In this document: one piece after another, positions 26,566-35,756 of the stretch
How the letters are laid out: every line of letters begins with the position of its first letter
Numbering within the stretch: position 1 is the stretch's first letter
DNA from: Acidobacteriota bacterium
GTDB taxonomy: Bacteria; Acidobacteriota; Vicinamibacteria; Vicinamibacterales; UBA2999
Reading direction: 5' to 3'
Length of the DNA stretch: 36,512 bases
Assembly (NCBI GenBank): GCA_021731095.1
Contig: JAKFYA010000236.1
Location: 1 to 36,512 of the forward strand
Notes under the pieces: generated by a model
What the model was told of the DNA's origin: nothing
What the model saw: only the letters and a program-made list of their open reading frames with translations
Database searches by the model: none
Program-made: the position numbers and the translations under genes

Positions 26566-27281
26566 CACGCCACGGGTTTGCGGCAGCAGATTCCGACCAG
26601 GACCGGAAATTTCGGATCCATGACGTCCAGTTCGGCCGTGGTGAGTTCTTCCGTGGCCAGTCCCATCACGGCCGCTGTCGCGCTCAGGCAGTTGCCATAG
26701 GCGCGTACGGTGACGTTGCAGCCCGGCCAGACCCGCTCCGCCACCACCTGCCAGCCCTCGGCGCTCAGGTGCCAGTAGTCCTTGCCGTCGCCGTTCATCT
26801 GGCCGAGCACCGCTGTCGTGCCCAGGACCACGCCGCCCGGCCGGACCACGCGCAGAGCCTGCCGGAGGCACGCGTCGAGATCCCGAAGGAAGGACAACGT
26901 GTTCGGCAGGATGAAGCAGTCGTAGTGGTCATCGGGAATGATGGTGTCAGCCGTGGCCAGGTCGCAGCACCACGTCGGATGGAACTGCGGCTCGATGTCG
27001 ATGGTGTCGGACCGGCGCACCTGGTGCCCGTAGCGCCGTGTGATGTCACCGACCTGGACCTCCAGCACATCTCCGGTGATGTCGGCGCGATGGGCATCAA
27101 GGAAATGGGCCAGGTAGTACCGGTCGACAGGGGTGCCACGTTCGAAGCCGAAGTACGACGAGAACGGATGGGTCCGTCGCAGGTTGCCCCACCACGGAAT
27201 GGGCAGTCCACGCAGTACGCATCGTGCGCGTGTGGTCCAGCGCGGGCCCAGCCACGTCTTGAGTCTGGCCGTCAGCGGCAT
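26565..27281 (-). CDS. Class I SAM-dependent methyltransferase-like protein, polysaccharide-associated
   Basis: FGFERGTPVDRYY, GDVLEV, YDCFILPNTL, VVRPGGV, DYW, YGN. ATG at 27281. Confidence 0.75.
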   Translation of the reverse strand: MPLTARLKTWLGPRWTTRARCVLRGLPIPWWGNLRRTHPFSSYFGFERGTPVDRYYLAHFLDAHRADITGDVLEVQVGDITRRYGHQVRRSDTIDIEPQFHPTWCCDLATADTIIPDDHYDCFILPNTLSFLRDLDACLRQALRVVRPGGVVLGTTAVLGQMNGDGKDYWHLSAEGWQVVAERVWPGCNVTVRAYGNCLSATAAVMGLATEELTTAELDVMDPKFPVLVGICCRKPVA

Positions 27282-28594
27282 GAGGTGTAGAGGCTGAGGT
27301 AGTCTGCGGCCACGTCGTCCATTGAGCGCACCGGCGTGATGGCCGCGCGCCACAGGTCAAGCTGCCCGCGATTGGCCGCCAGGGTCCGCAGGGTCGAGGC
27401 CAGGCTGCGCCAGTCCCCTGGCGCCACCAGGGCCCCGGTCACGCCGTCATGCACAACCTCGAGCAGGCCGCCAATCCGCGTGCCGAGCACGGGCGTCCCG
27501 ACGGCCAGCGCTTCCAGCGCCACGGTCGGCCCGCCCTCGAAGGTCCGCGAGGGGCAACAGAGTAGGTCGATGGAGGCCAGGTAAGCCGGTACGTCGGCTG
27601 GCGCCAGCGGTGCCCCGAAGGTGACCCAGGCATCAGGCCCGACAATGCGCTTGAGTTCGGTCGCGATGGCCAGATCGGCGGTATTGGTCACCGGTCCGCG
27701 GAACTCGAAACGGATGGGCGCCGAGCGGCCAAGCAGGCGCACAGCGCGCGCGAGATCGTGCACGCCTTTGATCGGGTCGAAGCGCCCAAGATACGCCACC
27801 GTCATCGGGGCCCCAGCCTGGCGCATGGGTCTCGGCGGGGCGGCGGCCGTATCGATGCCCAGACGATTGAGTACCACTCGACCATGCCCGCCGGCCTGTG
27901 CCGTCACCATGGTTCTGGCGGCCTCGGTCAGCACCACGAAGGCGTCAACCGCGTCCAGCATGCTCCGCTGCTGCCGCAGGTTGCTGTCGATGAACGCCGT
28001 CATGCCAAGCGCGGTGCCCACCGGGCCAGGCACCAGCCCGAGGGCTCGCCCCACCAGCGGAGGGATGGCGCCGACGACATCGGCTGCCGGCCGCGGCAGT
28101 CCGGACGCCTGGAGCGCGCACCCGGCACACGTGAACGGACCCGCCGCACCGTCGCATGCCCGGCTTCCCCATCGCATGAGCGTACCGCGCTGACACAGGA
28201 AACCCAGGCTGCCCGCATGGGTGGTGACGATCACGCGGGCACCCGCGTCGCGAGCCGCCTGGATCTCGTGCGGCCCCACACCGGTGACGAACGTATGGAC
28301 ATGCACGACGTCCGGACGTTCGCGTCGCAACCAGGTGTGCAGACGCTCGGCCCCCCGAACCGCTACGCGGTGTCTCGCCTCTGCGCGACTGGGCTCGCCC
28401 GCGATGGGATAGCGATAGACGGGCACGCCTTCGTGCAGGTACACCCGCTCGGTGGCGGTCTGCGCCGCGTCCGGGGCAGCGACCAGCACTTCATGCCTGG
28501 CGGACCGGAAACGCCGGGCCAGCGCCGCCACGTATCCTTCGGTGCCTCCAAGCGACTGCGGGTAGTACCACCCGCAGAGTTGAACGATTTTCAT
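27272..28594 (-). CDS. GT4 glycosyltransferase
   Basis: YYPQSLGGTE, PDVVHVH, Cys-rich insert (CQRG..C..C..C), YLGRFDPIKG, EGGPTVALEALA. Confidence 0.9.
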   Translation of the reverse strand: MKIVQLCGWYYPQSLGGTEGYVAALARRFRSARHEVLVAAPDAAQTATERVYLHEGVPVYRYPIAGEPSRAEARHRVAVRGAERLHTWLRRERPDVVHVHTFVTGVGPHEIQAARDAGARVIVTTHAGSLGFLCQRGTLMRWGSRACDGAAGPFTCAGCALQASGLPRPAADVVGAIPPLVGRALGLVPGPVGTALGMTAFIDSNLRQQRSMLDAVDAFVVLTEAARTMVTAQAGGHGRVVLNRLGIDTAAAPPRPMRQAGAPMTVAYLGRFDPIKGVHDLARAVRLLGRSAPIRFEFRGPVTNTADLAIATELKRIVGPDAWVTFGAPLAPADVPAYLASIDLLCCPSRTFEGGPTVALEALAVGTPVLGTRIGGLLEVVHDGVTGALVAPGDWRSLASTLRTLAANRGQLDLWRAAITPVRSMDDVAADYLSLYTSCR

Positions 28595-28618
28595 GGGGGA
28601 GCCGTGGCCTCCGTCGTC

Positions 28619-29914
28619 TCAGGCGCCGGTGAGCATGGAGGCGCCGGTGCGGGTCGACCAGTCGGCACGCCGGCAGGTCAGGCCGTCGCTGGCCACCAGC
28701 GCGAACGGGCGCCACGGAACATGGGGCGGCAGGATCTCGAACTCGAAGGCGTCGTATACCTTGTCCGACAGATGCGTTCCCGGGATGCCGAGCCACGTGT
28801 GCACGCGGTATTTGCCCGGGGCAAACGTCGGTGCCGGAATGGATACGCGGACGGCACATGCCCGCTCCTCCGGCAACTCCACACCTCCGTCATCGGCGCT
28901 GGTCACGGTGCAGAGGGGCGTCCCTTCTTCCGAGCAGACCGTCAGACTGAAGGTCAACGCGTTGAGCGCACCCGCGCCCGTGTCGTCCATGACCAGGTCG
29001 GCCTCGAACACGAGCGGTTCGTCGGCGGGACAGCGCCCGGTCGCCCCATGCGAGCTGAGGAGTCGCAGGCCATCCACCAGCGCGTCCCCGCCGCCCTCCC
29101 GGGCGTGCGCGCGGAAGGTGCCCAGCACATCGTCCGCGCCAAAGCTCGACCGGTACCGCGCCACGATCGCGTCGATGGTGCCCGTGTCCACAAGCCGGCC
29201 ACGCTCCATCAGCAGCCCCTTGCTGCAGAGACGCTGCACCGCCTCCAGATTGTGACTGACGAACAGGATCGTTCGCCCCTCGCGTGACACGTCCGACATC
29301 TTGCCCAGACATTTCTTCTGGAACTGCGCGTCGCCAACCGCCAGGACTTCGTCCACAAACAGGATCTCGGGTTCCATGTGCGCCGCCACGGCAAAGGCCA
29401 GGCGCACATACATGCCACTCGAGTAGAACCGCACAGGTGTGTCGATGAACCGCGACACCCCCGCAAACTCGACAATGGCGTCGAACTTCCGGGACACTTC
29501 CGCCCTGGACATGCCAAGGATCGCCCCGTTCAGGAACACGTTCTCCCGTCCCGTGAGCTCGGGGTGGAAACCGGTGCTGACCTCGAGCAGGGTTCCCACG
29601 CGACCGCGGATGATGGCCTCTCCCTCGGTGGGTGCGGTGATGCGGGACAGCACCTTCAGCAGCGTGGACTTGCCGGCCCCATTGCCGCCGACAATGCCGA
29701 CCACCTCGCCGTGGCCCACATCGAAGGTGATGTCCTTGAGGGCCCAGAGCTCGGTGGTCAACCCATCTGGCCCGACCTGGCCTGACAGGCGCCTGAGGAA
29801 TCCCTGCGTGGCCTGGGAAATCCGTCCCCGCAGCGTCCCGTTGTGGCCGGGCTCGGCGCCAATGCGGTAACGCTTTCCGAGACCGCGCGCCTCGATGGCC
29901 AGACTAGAGGACAT
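28619..29914 (-). CDS. wzt: Polysaccharide ABC exporter ATPase with C-terminal Wzt_C-like domain
   Basis: WALKDITF, GGNGAGKSTLL, GFHPELTGREN, YSSGMYVRLAF, VDEVLAVGD, VSH; about 150-aa C-terminal extension. Confidence 0.93.
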   Translation of the reverse strand: MSSSLAIEARGLGKRYRIGAEPGHNGTLRGRISQATQGFLRRLSGQVGPDGLTTELWALKDITFDVGHGEVVGIVGGNGAGKSTLLKVLSRITAPTEGEAIIRGRVGTLLEVSTGFHPELTGRENVFLNGAILGMSRAEVSRKFDAIVEFAGVSRFIDTPVRFYSSGMYVRLAFAVAAHMEPEILFVDEVLAVGDAQFQKKCLGKMSDVSREGRTILFVSHNLEAVQRLCSKGLLMERGRLVDTGTIDAIVARYRSSFGADDVLGTFRAHAREGGGDALVDGLRLLSSHGATGRCPADEPLVFEADLVMDDTGAGALNALTFSLTVCSEEGTPLCTVTSADDGGVELPEERACAVRVSIPAPTFAPGKYRVHTWLGIPGTHLSDKVYDAFEFEILPPHVPWRPFALVASDGLTCRRADWSTRTGASMLTGA

Positions 29915-30758
29915 CGGCGAACGTGCCTTCCATCCGGCGGAAATAGGCCAGGCCCGCCACCAGCACTACGGCCACCGCCGCGCACGAGACATAGGCCATG
30001 GCGGATGGCAGCGGCGTCCCGAGCAGCGCCCAGCGAAAGCCTTCAACGACGGTGGCCATCGGATTCAGACCGAACAGCGGCCGCCACTGCTCCGGCACGA
30101 GCGAGGCCGGATACGCGATGGGCGTGGCGAACATCCAGAACTGGATGGCGAAGGGCAACACATAGCGCACATCGCGGTACTCCACATTCAGCGCCGCGAG
30201 CCAGATGCCGGCCGCCAGTGCGGTCAGTGCCGCGAGCAGGATGAACGCCGGCAGCATCAGCAACGCCGTCGGCGGGAGCATCCGGTACCAGGCCACCTCG
30301 ATGACCAGCATCATGCCGAGCGCAATCAGCAGGTCAATGAGCGGCGTGAGCACGGCGGCAGCCGGCACCAGCAGACGCGGAAAGTACACGTGCGTCACGA
30401 GCCGCTGGTTGCCGACCAGCGATGCGGCGCTATTGCCCACCGCTGTCGAGAAGTAGGTCCACGGTACCAGCGCGGCGAACGCAAAGAGTGGATAGGGTTG
30501 ACCGTCCGACGGCATCTTCGCGAGCTTGCCGAAGAAGATGGAAAACACGACCATCGCCATGAACGGCTGCAGGATGGCCCACGCAGCGCCGAGCACGGTC
30601 TGCTTGTACCGGACCTTCGCGTCACGCCACACGAGGAAGTACAGCAGTTCCCGATAGGCCCAGAAACTGGCCATCTGGTCGCGCAGCGACCCACGCCCTG
30701 GGCGAATGGCGGTGGCCGCAGCAGACGGCAGAGGCACGGCAGTGGAGACGGCGTGCAC
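29904..30758 (-). CDS. wzm: Polysaccharide ABC exporter permease
   Basis: YRELLYFLVWRD.KVRYKQTVLG.AWAILQP, VYFPR, YRDVRY, TPIAYP, LNPM. Confidence 0.94.
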   Translation of the reverse strand: MHAVSTAVPLPSAAATAIRPGRGSLRDQMASFWAYRELLYFLVWRDAKVRYKQTVLGAAWAILQPFMAMVVFSIFFGKLAKMPSDGQPYPLFAFAALVPWTYFSTAVGNSAASLVGNQRLVTHVYFPRLLVPAAAVLTPLIDLLIALGMMLVIEVAWYRMLPPTALLMLPAFILLAALTALAAGIWLAALNVEYRDVRYVLPFAIQFWMFATPIAYPASLVPEQWRPLFGLNPMATVVEGFRWALLGTPLPSAMAYVSCAAVAVVLVAGLAYFRRMEGTFADVL

Positions 30759-30762
30759 AGTG

Positions 30763-31638
30763 TTACAGGAGACGCTGACGGACGATGATCGTGTCGTTGG
30801 CCAGAATCGGGTCCGTCATCTTGACCTGGACTTCCACCTTCTTGCCGTCGACCACCCGTTGCACTTTGACCCCGCGCGACGAGCCGCGGTCACTCACACC
30901 CCCGGCCAGCGTCAGAGCCTGCAGCACGGTCATCCCCCGCTCATAGGTGAAAGCCCCGGGCGCCTTCACGAATCCCGAGACGAAGAACCGCTCTGCCTTC
31001 GGCACGAAGATCGTGTCGCCCTCTCGAAGGGTGACATTCGACGTCAGCCGGCCGGTCTGCAGCTCAGCCAGACTGACCGTGACCGTTTCGGAGGCCTGCC
31101 CTGGCACAACTTCTTTTCCGGCTGACGGATCCGCAGACCTGAGAATCAGCACATCGCTTCCCGCGGCCGACGTGGTGTAGCCGGCCTGGGCCAGCGCCTC
31201 AATCAGGGTCATCTGTCCGGTGAGGGGATACTTGCCAGGCGTGCGGACTTCGCCCACGACGAAGAGGCTCCGGCTGCGGTACTGCTCCACCTCGATGGCC
31301 ACCTGCGGACGCCGCACGAACCCTTCAGCCAGTCGTCTGGCCAGTTCCTCTTCGATCAGCCGGAGCGTCCGTCCGGTCGCCGACACGCGACCAAGAAACG
31401 GGTACTGGAAGGCCCCATCCGTGTCGACGCGGAAGGTCCCGGTCAACTGCGGCTCGTCGAAGACCGTGATCTTGAGTACGTCCTGGGACCCGACCACGTA
31501 GTCGCGGTTGTCAGCCGAACGACTCGCCCCGGACGCGCCACCTTGTGGCGCCGGCGCCGCTGCCGTGCCCTGTGGCGCGGTCTGCGCAGAAAGCGTGACA
31601 CTGGCCAGGAGGAAGAGAGCGAGACCTATACGCTGCAT
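30763..31638 (-). CDS. Polysaccharide export (OPX/Wza-like) periplasmic protein: Poly_export plus two SLBB domains
   Basis: Signal peptide MQRIGLALFLLASVTLSAQ; DYVVGSQDVLKITVF, DGAFQYPFLG, GEVRTPGKY, GFVKAPGAF. ATG at 31638. Confidence 0.9.
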   Translation of the reverse strand: MQRIGLALFLLASVTLSAQTAPQGTAAAPAPQGGASGASRSADNRDYVVGSQDVLKITVFDEPQLTGTFRVDTDGAFQYPFLGRVSATGRTLRLIEEELARRLAEGFVRRPQVAIEVEQYRSRSLFVVGEVRTPGKYPLTGQMTLIEALAQAGYTTSAAGSDVLILRSADPSAGKEVVPGQASETVTVSLAELQTGRLTSNVTLREGDTIFVPKAERFFVSGFVKAPGAFTYERGMTVLQALTLAGGVSDRGSSRGVKVQRVVDGKKVEVQVKMTDPILANDTIIVRQRLL

Positions 31639-31643
31639 CTGTG

Positions 31644-32831
31644 TTACCCCAACGTGAGGATGAGGGACGCCAGCACGCGCCGGCGGGTATATGCGAAAGC
31701 GGTGATCGACGAACGGCGATGAGCCCATTCGTAGGTGGCCGTGATGCGTGTGGTCCGCGAGGCCTGTACGCCGACGCCACCTCCGACGACCTCGTTGTCA
31801 TCCCGGCGCTTTGCCTGATTGCGGGACGGGACGCCCGGATAGTCGAGCGTCTGCAGCTGAGCATTGGCAAGGAGTTGCACAGGACCCAGCACACGCTGCT
31901 GAATGTCGACGCCGTAACCTTGCTGCAGGAAGTATGGCTGTTCCAGCGAGATGTTGGTATCGCGGTTGTAGCGCACTTGCACACGCGTGGTGCCAAACAG
32001 CGAGAACGACAGGTCCACGTCGGACGCGTATCCCTCGAAGGGCACCTGAGCCGGGCCGGTATCCAGCTTGTGGTACGCCACGGTGGCGCGACCGCTGATC
32101 ACCGCGTCAGGCGAGAACGACAGCCCGATGGTCGCCCGGGTGTCACGCAGGTTCCTGTCGGGATCGGCAAACCTGTCGCGGGACGCCATCCCGTCGATGG
32201 TCAGGATGGTAAGCGGCGTCACCTCGTACCTGGCGCCCACGCGGACGTTCTGGGCCTCGTGATTGAGCGAGCGCGAGAGCTCCAGCCCGCGGAACGTCTG
32301 TCCGGCGTCGTAGTCGATCTTCTCGTCGCCCACAGATGCCTGCAGGGACCCGCGCGGCGTGACCGCCCAGCTCAGGCCGACACTGCCTGTGAGTCCTCGG
32401 CGCTTCGACCGGAGGTCCACCTCAAAGCCCTGTCGCTCGCGCGCCCGCTCATATCCCCCGGACACGAACGGCGTCACGCGGGCCAGTGGCAGATCGATGC
32501 GGAGCGACGCGCGTCGATTGATGGAACGCTCGCCTTCGTACCGTTCGAAGTAGAGCGCATCGGCGCCCCCACTGACACTCAACCGGAAGTAGGGGGCCGG
32601 AAGCGTGGCGTCCACCCTGCCGGAGAACGTGCCCACCCTGTCTTCGCGCGGCCTGGCCGGGTCGTCGAACACGTTGCTGTCCAGACCGACGTCGCGCAAG
32701 GAGATCACGGGCTTCCAGGAAATAGGCCCCGTCTGCAGTCCGTCAGCAGTTGCCTGTGCCACCCCGGGCGTCGGTCGCGCCATGAGGATGGCAAAGGCGC
32801 AGAGGCTCACCCACCGCGTTGGCCGCATCAT
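31644..32831 (-). CDS. Outer-membrane beta-barrel protein associated with polysaccharide export
   Basis: Signal peptide, an N-terminal DSNVF motif, alternating amphipathic beta-strands throughout; directly upstream of the OPX gene. Confidence 0.75.
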   Translation of the reverse strand: MMRPTRWVSLCAFAILMARPTPGVAQATADGLQTGPISWKPVISLRDVGLDSNVFDDPARPREDRVGTFSGRVDATLPAPYFRLSVSGGADALYFERYEGERSINRRASLRIDLPLARVTPFVSGGYERARERQGFEVDLRSKRRGLTGSVGLSWAVTPRGSLQASVGDEKIDYDAGQTFRGLELSRSLNHEAQNVRVGARYEVTPLTILTIDGMASRDRFADPDRNLRDTRATIGLSFSPDAVISGRATVAYHKLDTGPAQVPFEGYASDVDLSFSLFGTTRVQVRYNRDTNISLEQPYFLQQGYGVDIQQRVLGPVQLLANAQLQTLDYPGVPSRNQAKRRDDNEVVGGGVGVQASRTTRITATYEWAHRRSSITAFAYTRRRVLASLILTLG

Positions 32832-32832
32832 C

Positions 32833-33420
32833 TCAGCGGACTCCCGCCTCTGGCGTGAAGTGACCATCCCCGTCAGGATCGATCTCGAGGAGGACCGTGC
32901 CATCGGCGTCGTAGGTCAGGCGGCGCGTGGCGTGCCCGACGTGCGCATCGTCGAGCAGGAGCTGTCGCAACACCCCGTGGTCGAACAGCTCCCACGCATC
33001 CATCTGACCGTCGCGATCCGTGTCCCGTTCCGTGCGCAGCAACTCGCCAGCCGTGTAGAACTCCCGCCGGTCAATCCGCCCATCGCGCTGCGTGGCAACC
33101 TCGACGCGCGTGTCCTGGCCGTCCTTGTAGATCCAGCTGTCCTCGACCCCGTCATTGGCCGTGGACGCCCCGAGCTTCGTCAGGGCGCCGCTCTCGTCGT
33201 AGTACTCCCACCGGTCGATGACCAGATCCTGGTTGGTGTCCCCCTCCAGCCGCACCGGCTTCCCATGCGCCATGAAGGTCCGGACATCGGTGGTCCCGTT
33301 GTGGTCGTAGTCGTAGTCGAGCCGCACCAGCTCATGGGTCTTCGGATCGTAGGTCGGCGTGACGTCTCGGGGCGCGGAACAGCCCCAGGACACCAGCATT
33401 GTCAGCAGCAACAGGCGCAT
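32833..33420 (-). CDS. Hypothetical lipoprotein with repeated Asp-rich Dx[DN]xDG-like motifs (195 aa)
   Basis: MRLLLLTMLVSWG-C lipobox-like signal; repeats DYDHNGTTD, DTNQDLVIDRWEYY, TANDGVEDSW, TQRDGRIDRREFY, DTDRDGQMDAWE, DPDGDG. Confidence 0.75.
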   Translation of the reverse strand: MRLLLLTMLVSWGCSAPRDVTPTYDPKTHELVRLDYDYDHNGTTDVRTFMAHGKPVRLEGDTNQDLVIDRWEYYDESGALTKLGASTANDGVEDSWIYKDGQDTRVEVATQRDGRIDRREFYTAGELLRTERDTDRDGQMDAWELFDHGVLRQLLLDDAHVGHATRRLTYDADGTVLLEIDPDGDGHFTPEAGVR

Positions 33421-33588
33421 CGGCACAGGAAGAGACAGCTTCGCCCTCTCAGTCACGGCGCGTGGGCGCATGGCTGTCGCGGGCCGGATGGGCCACGCAC
33501 CTCGGGGACTCTTCCTCAATATCGGCACGGTCTCCCCATCACGATACCAGTGGCCCAGCCCTCTGCCCACCCGCATGCCCCTCTGTTG

Positions 33589-33604
33589 GATCCGGATCCC
33601 GATC
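33589..33604. repeat. Three GATC sites at 6-bp period upstream of the Dam-family methylase
   Basis: GATCcgGATCccGATC at 33589, 33595 and 33601; I saw no other GATC in the 33421-33618 intergenic region. Confidence 0.8.
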
Positions 33605-33618
33605 CGATAAGGGTCCAT

Positions 33619-34590
33619 GTGAGTGTTCTCTGCACATTTCCGCACGCCGCCCGTCCCCTGCTGAAGTGGGCAGGCGGCAAGCGCCAGCTCCTTCCGGCCA
33701 TCCGCCCGTACTACCCCCAGTCGTTCGACCGCTACATTGAGCCCTTCTTCGGGAGCGGCGCGGTCTACTTCGACATGCTCGCGACCGGGCGACTGGACGG
33801 GCGTCGGGCCTGGCTGCTGGACGCCAATCCTGACCTGGTGGGGTGCTACCAGACGCTCCGGGACCGAACGGACGAGGTCATCGAGGAACTGGCCCGCCTG
33901 GAGCGGAGCCATCTGGCGCAGGGAGACGCGTTCTACTACGAGGTTCGGGACCTTCGCTTCAATCCCCGCCGGGCAGCCGCTCCTGGCGCCTACAGCCCGG
34001 ACCTGGCCGCCATGCTGATTTACCTCAACCGGACCGGCTTCAATGGCCTGTTCCGGCTCAATCGGCGTGGTGCGTTCAACGTTCCGGTGGGTCGGTACAC
34101 CAACCCGACCATCTGCGACCCAGCCCACCTCCGCCAGGTGGCGGCCGCCCTGGGCGATGGCCGGGTGCGATTCGAGGGGGGCTCATTCGAGGTGCCGCTG
34201 GCGGCGGCCGGCGCCGGGGACTTCGTCTACTGCGATCCGCCGTATGCCCCGCTCAGTACGACTGCCAGCTTTGCCAACTACACGGCAGCCGGGTTTGGGC
34301 CACGCGATCAGGAACGACTGTTCCACCTGGTGGTCAGTGCCGTCGAACGAGGCGCCTCGGTGGTGCTGTCCAACTCGAGCGCGCCTGAAATCGTGGACAT
34401 GTACGACTCGATCGAGGCCCGCCGCGCCGGTCTGGTGCTATCCCTGGTGCCCGCCCGCCGTGCCATCAACTCCCGGGCCGCGTCCCGTGGGACGGTCAAC
34501 GAAGTGCTCGTCACGACCCGGACGGCCCTGCCGGACGTGCGACCGACGCCCGCCGTCGCAGCATTGCGCCGGGCCCGCAAGAGCGCCTGA
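33619..34590 (+). CDS. dam: Dam-family (D12 class) DNA adenine methyltransferase, orphan
   Basis: PLLKWAGGKRQLL, YIEPFFGSGAV, YLNRTGFNGLFRLN..G.FNVP.G, catalytic FVYCDPPY, LSNS. Probable GTG start at 33619; the 661-aa ORF-track call is an in-frame extension antisense to real genes. Confidence 0.9.
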   Translation: MSVLCTFPHAARPLLKWAGGKRQLLPAIRPYYPQSFDRYIEPFFGSGAVYFDMLATGRLDGRRAWLLDANPDLVGCYQTLRDRTDEVIEELARLERSHLAQGDAFYYEVRDLRFNPRRAAAPGAYSPDLAAMLIYLNRTGFNGLFRLNRRGAFNVPVGRYTNPTICDPAHLRQVAAALGDGRVRFEGGSFEVPLAAAGAGDFVYCDPPYAPLSTTASFANYTAAGFGPRDQERLFHLVVSAVERGASVVLSNSSAPEIVDMYDSIEARRAGLVLSLVPARRAINSRAASRGTVNEVLVTTRTALPDVRPTPAVAALRRARKSA

Positions 34591-34592
34591 TC

Positions 34593-35756
34593 TCACCCCC
34601 GGGGCCGGTGCGCCAGCAGCGCCTGCTCCACCAGCGGTTCCAAACGGGCCCCGATGGCCCGGCTGGAGGCCTCCTCCAGAAACCAGGACCGCGCCGCAGC
34701 CCCCCGGCGCAGGCGCTCTGCCGGGTTCCCGGCCATCTCGGCCAGTGCGTCCGCCAGGGCGCGAGGGTCCCCTGGCGGCACCAGCCAGCCTCGCGTCCCT
34801 TCCCCCAGCAGGGCTGGCAGATCACCGACCCGACTCGCCACCAGGGCACGCCCCATGGCCATGGCGTCCAGTGCCTTGGCCGGCAACTGACTTTCCGCGA
34901 AAGGAACGGCCAACTGCGGCACAGGCACGGCATCCACCGCCGCCAGCAGGGCCGGAATCTCCTGGTACGGCAGCGATCCGACGCGGTGGCACCTCGGGCC
35001 AAGTCGCTCGGCGCAGGCCACATACGGCCCCAGATCCCGCGGCCCCGCCAGCACCAGGTGCCAGGCCGCCGCTCGAGGGTCGTCCAAGGCCTCGCACAGC
35101 ACCTCCAGCCCCTTGTGGGGCTGTGGCGTCCCCGCGAAGAGGAGCAGCGGCGCCGCTGGAGGCAGGGTGAATCGCTGCCGGAGCGGTGCCTGACCTGACT
35201 GGGTGGCCGGGTCGAACACGGTCTCGTCCGGCCCGTGGCGCACGATCGTGCCGCCGTAGCGTGTCCAGAGAGCGCGACTCGAGACGGTGACGGCATCGGC
35301 ACAGGCCACGAAGGGATGGAGGGCGCGTGTGTACTTCCACGCCGTCGAATGCCGCCAGCCACCAATCAGGTCACGCCGGATGAACGCCGGCCAGGTGGCA
35401 CCCATCGGCACCCATTCGTCATCCTCCACATCCAGCAGGAGCGGACGGTGCCGGCCGAAGCCCGAGGCCAGCAGCGCTGGACCGAAGCTGCCCACCAGCG
35501 GCTTGAAGCCGTAGATCACATCGCCCGTGGCCATCCTGGCCAGGCGATGGATGGCGGGCAGCACGTCGGTCATGTCCCGCGAGCACCTGATGGTGCGGTA
35601 GTCGAAGAGGTCGCGGTAGGGTTCGTACACGCCCTCGCCGTGGAGCAGGCCCAGCACCTCGATGTCGTAGCGGTGCTGCAGAGCCTGAGCCAGCGGAGCG
35701 GCACGGCCAATCGGATTGGCGTGCAGGTCGTGCACGAACAGGCTGATGCGAGTCAT
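34593..35756 (-). CDS. GT4 glycosyltransferase
   Basis: LDVEDDE, FAGTPQPHKGLE, QLPAKALDAMAMG, SRVGDL. ATG 35756 overlaps the upstream TGA. Confidence 0.88.
   Translation of the reverse strand: MTRISLFVHDLHANPIGRAAPLAQALQHRYDIEVLGLLHGEGVYEPYRDLFDYRTIRCSRDMTDVLPAIHRLARMATGDVIYGFKPLVGSFGPALLASGFGRHRPLLLDVEDDEWVPMGATWPAFIRRDLIGGWRHSTAWKYTRALHPFVACADAVTVSSRALWTRYGGTIVRHGPDETVFDPATQSGQAPLRQRFTLPPAAPLLLFAGTPQPHKGLEVLCEALDDPRAAAWHLVLAGPRDLGPYVACAERLGPRCHRVGSLPYQEIPALLAAVDAVPVPQLAVPFAESQLPAKALDAMAMGRALVASRVGDLPALLGEGTRGWLVPPGDPRALADALAEMAGNPAERLRRGAAARSWFLEEASSRAIGARLEPLVEQALLAHRPRG

Noticed and set aside
33551-33567. Possible sigma-54 promoter TGGCCCAGCCCTCTGC
   Set aside because: GG-to-GC spacing is 11 nt, not the required 10.
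32833-34128. 431-aa version of the lipoprotein ORF
   Set aside because: The upstream part is antisense to dam; a clear signal peptide and lipobox begin at ATG 33420.
32605-34590. 661-aa ORF as a novel N-terminally extended Dam fusion
   Set aside because: The first ~338 codons are antisense to the beta-barrel and lipoprotein genes and show no domain features; Dam motifs begin only after 33619.
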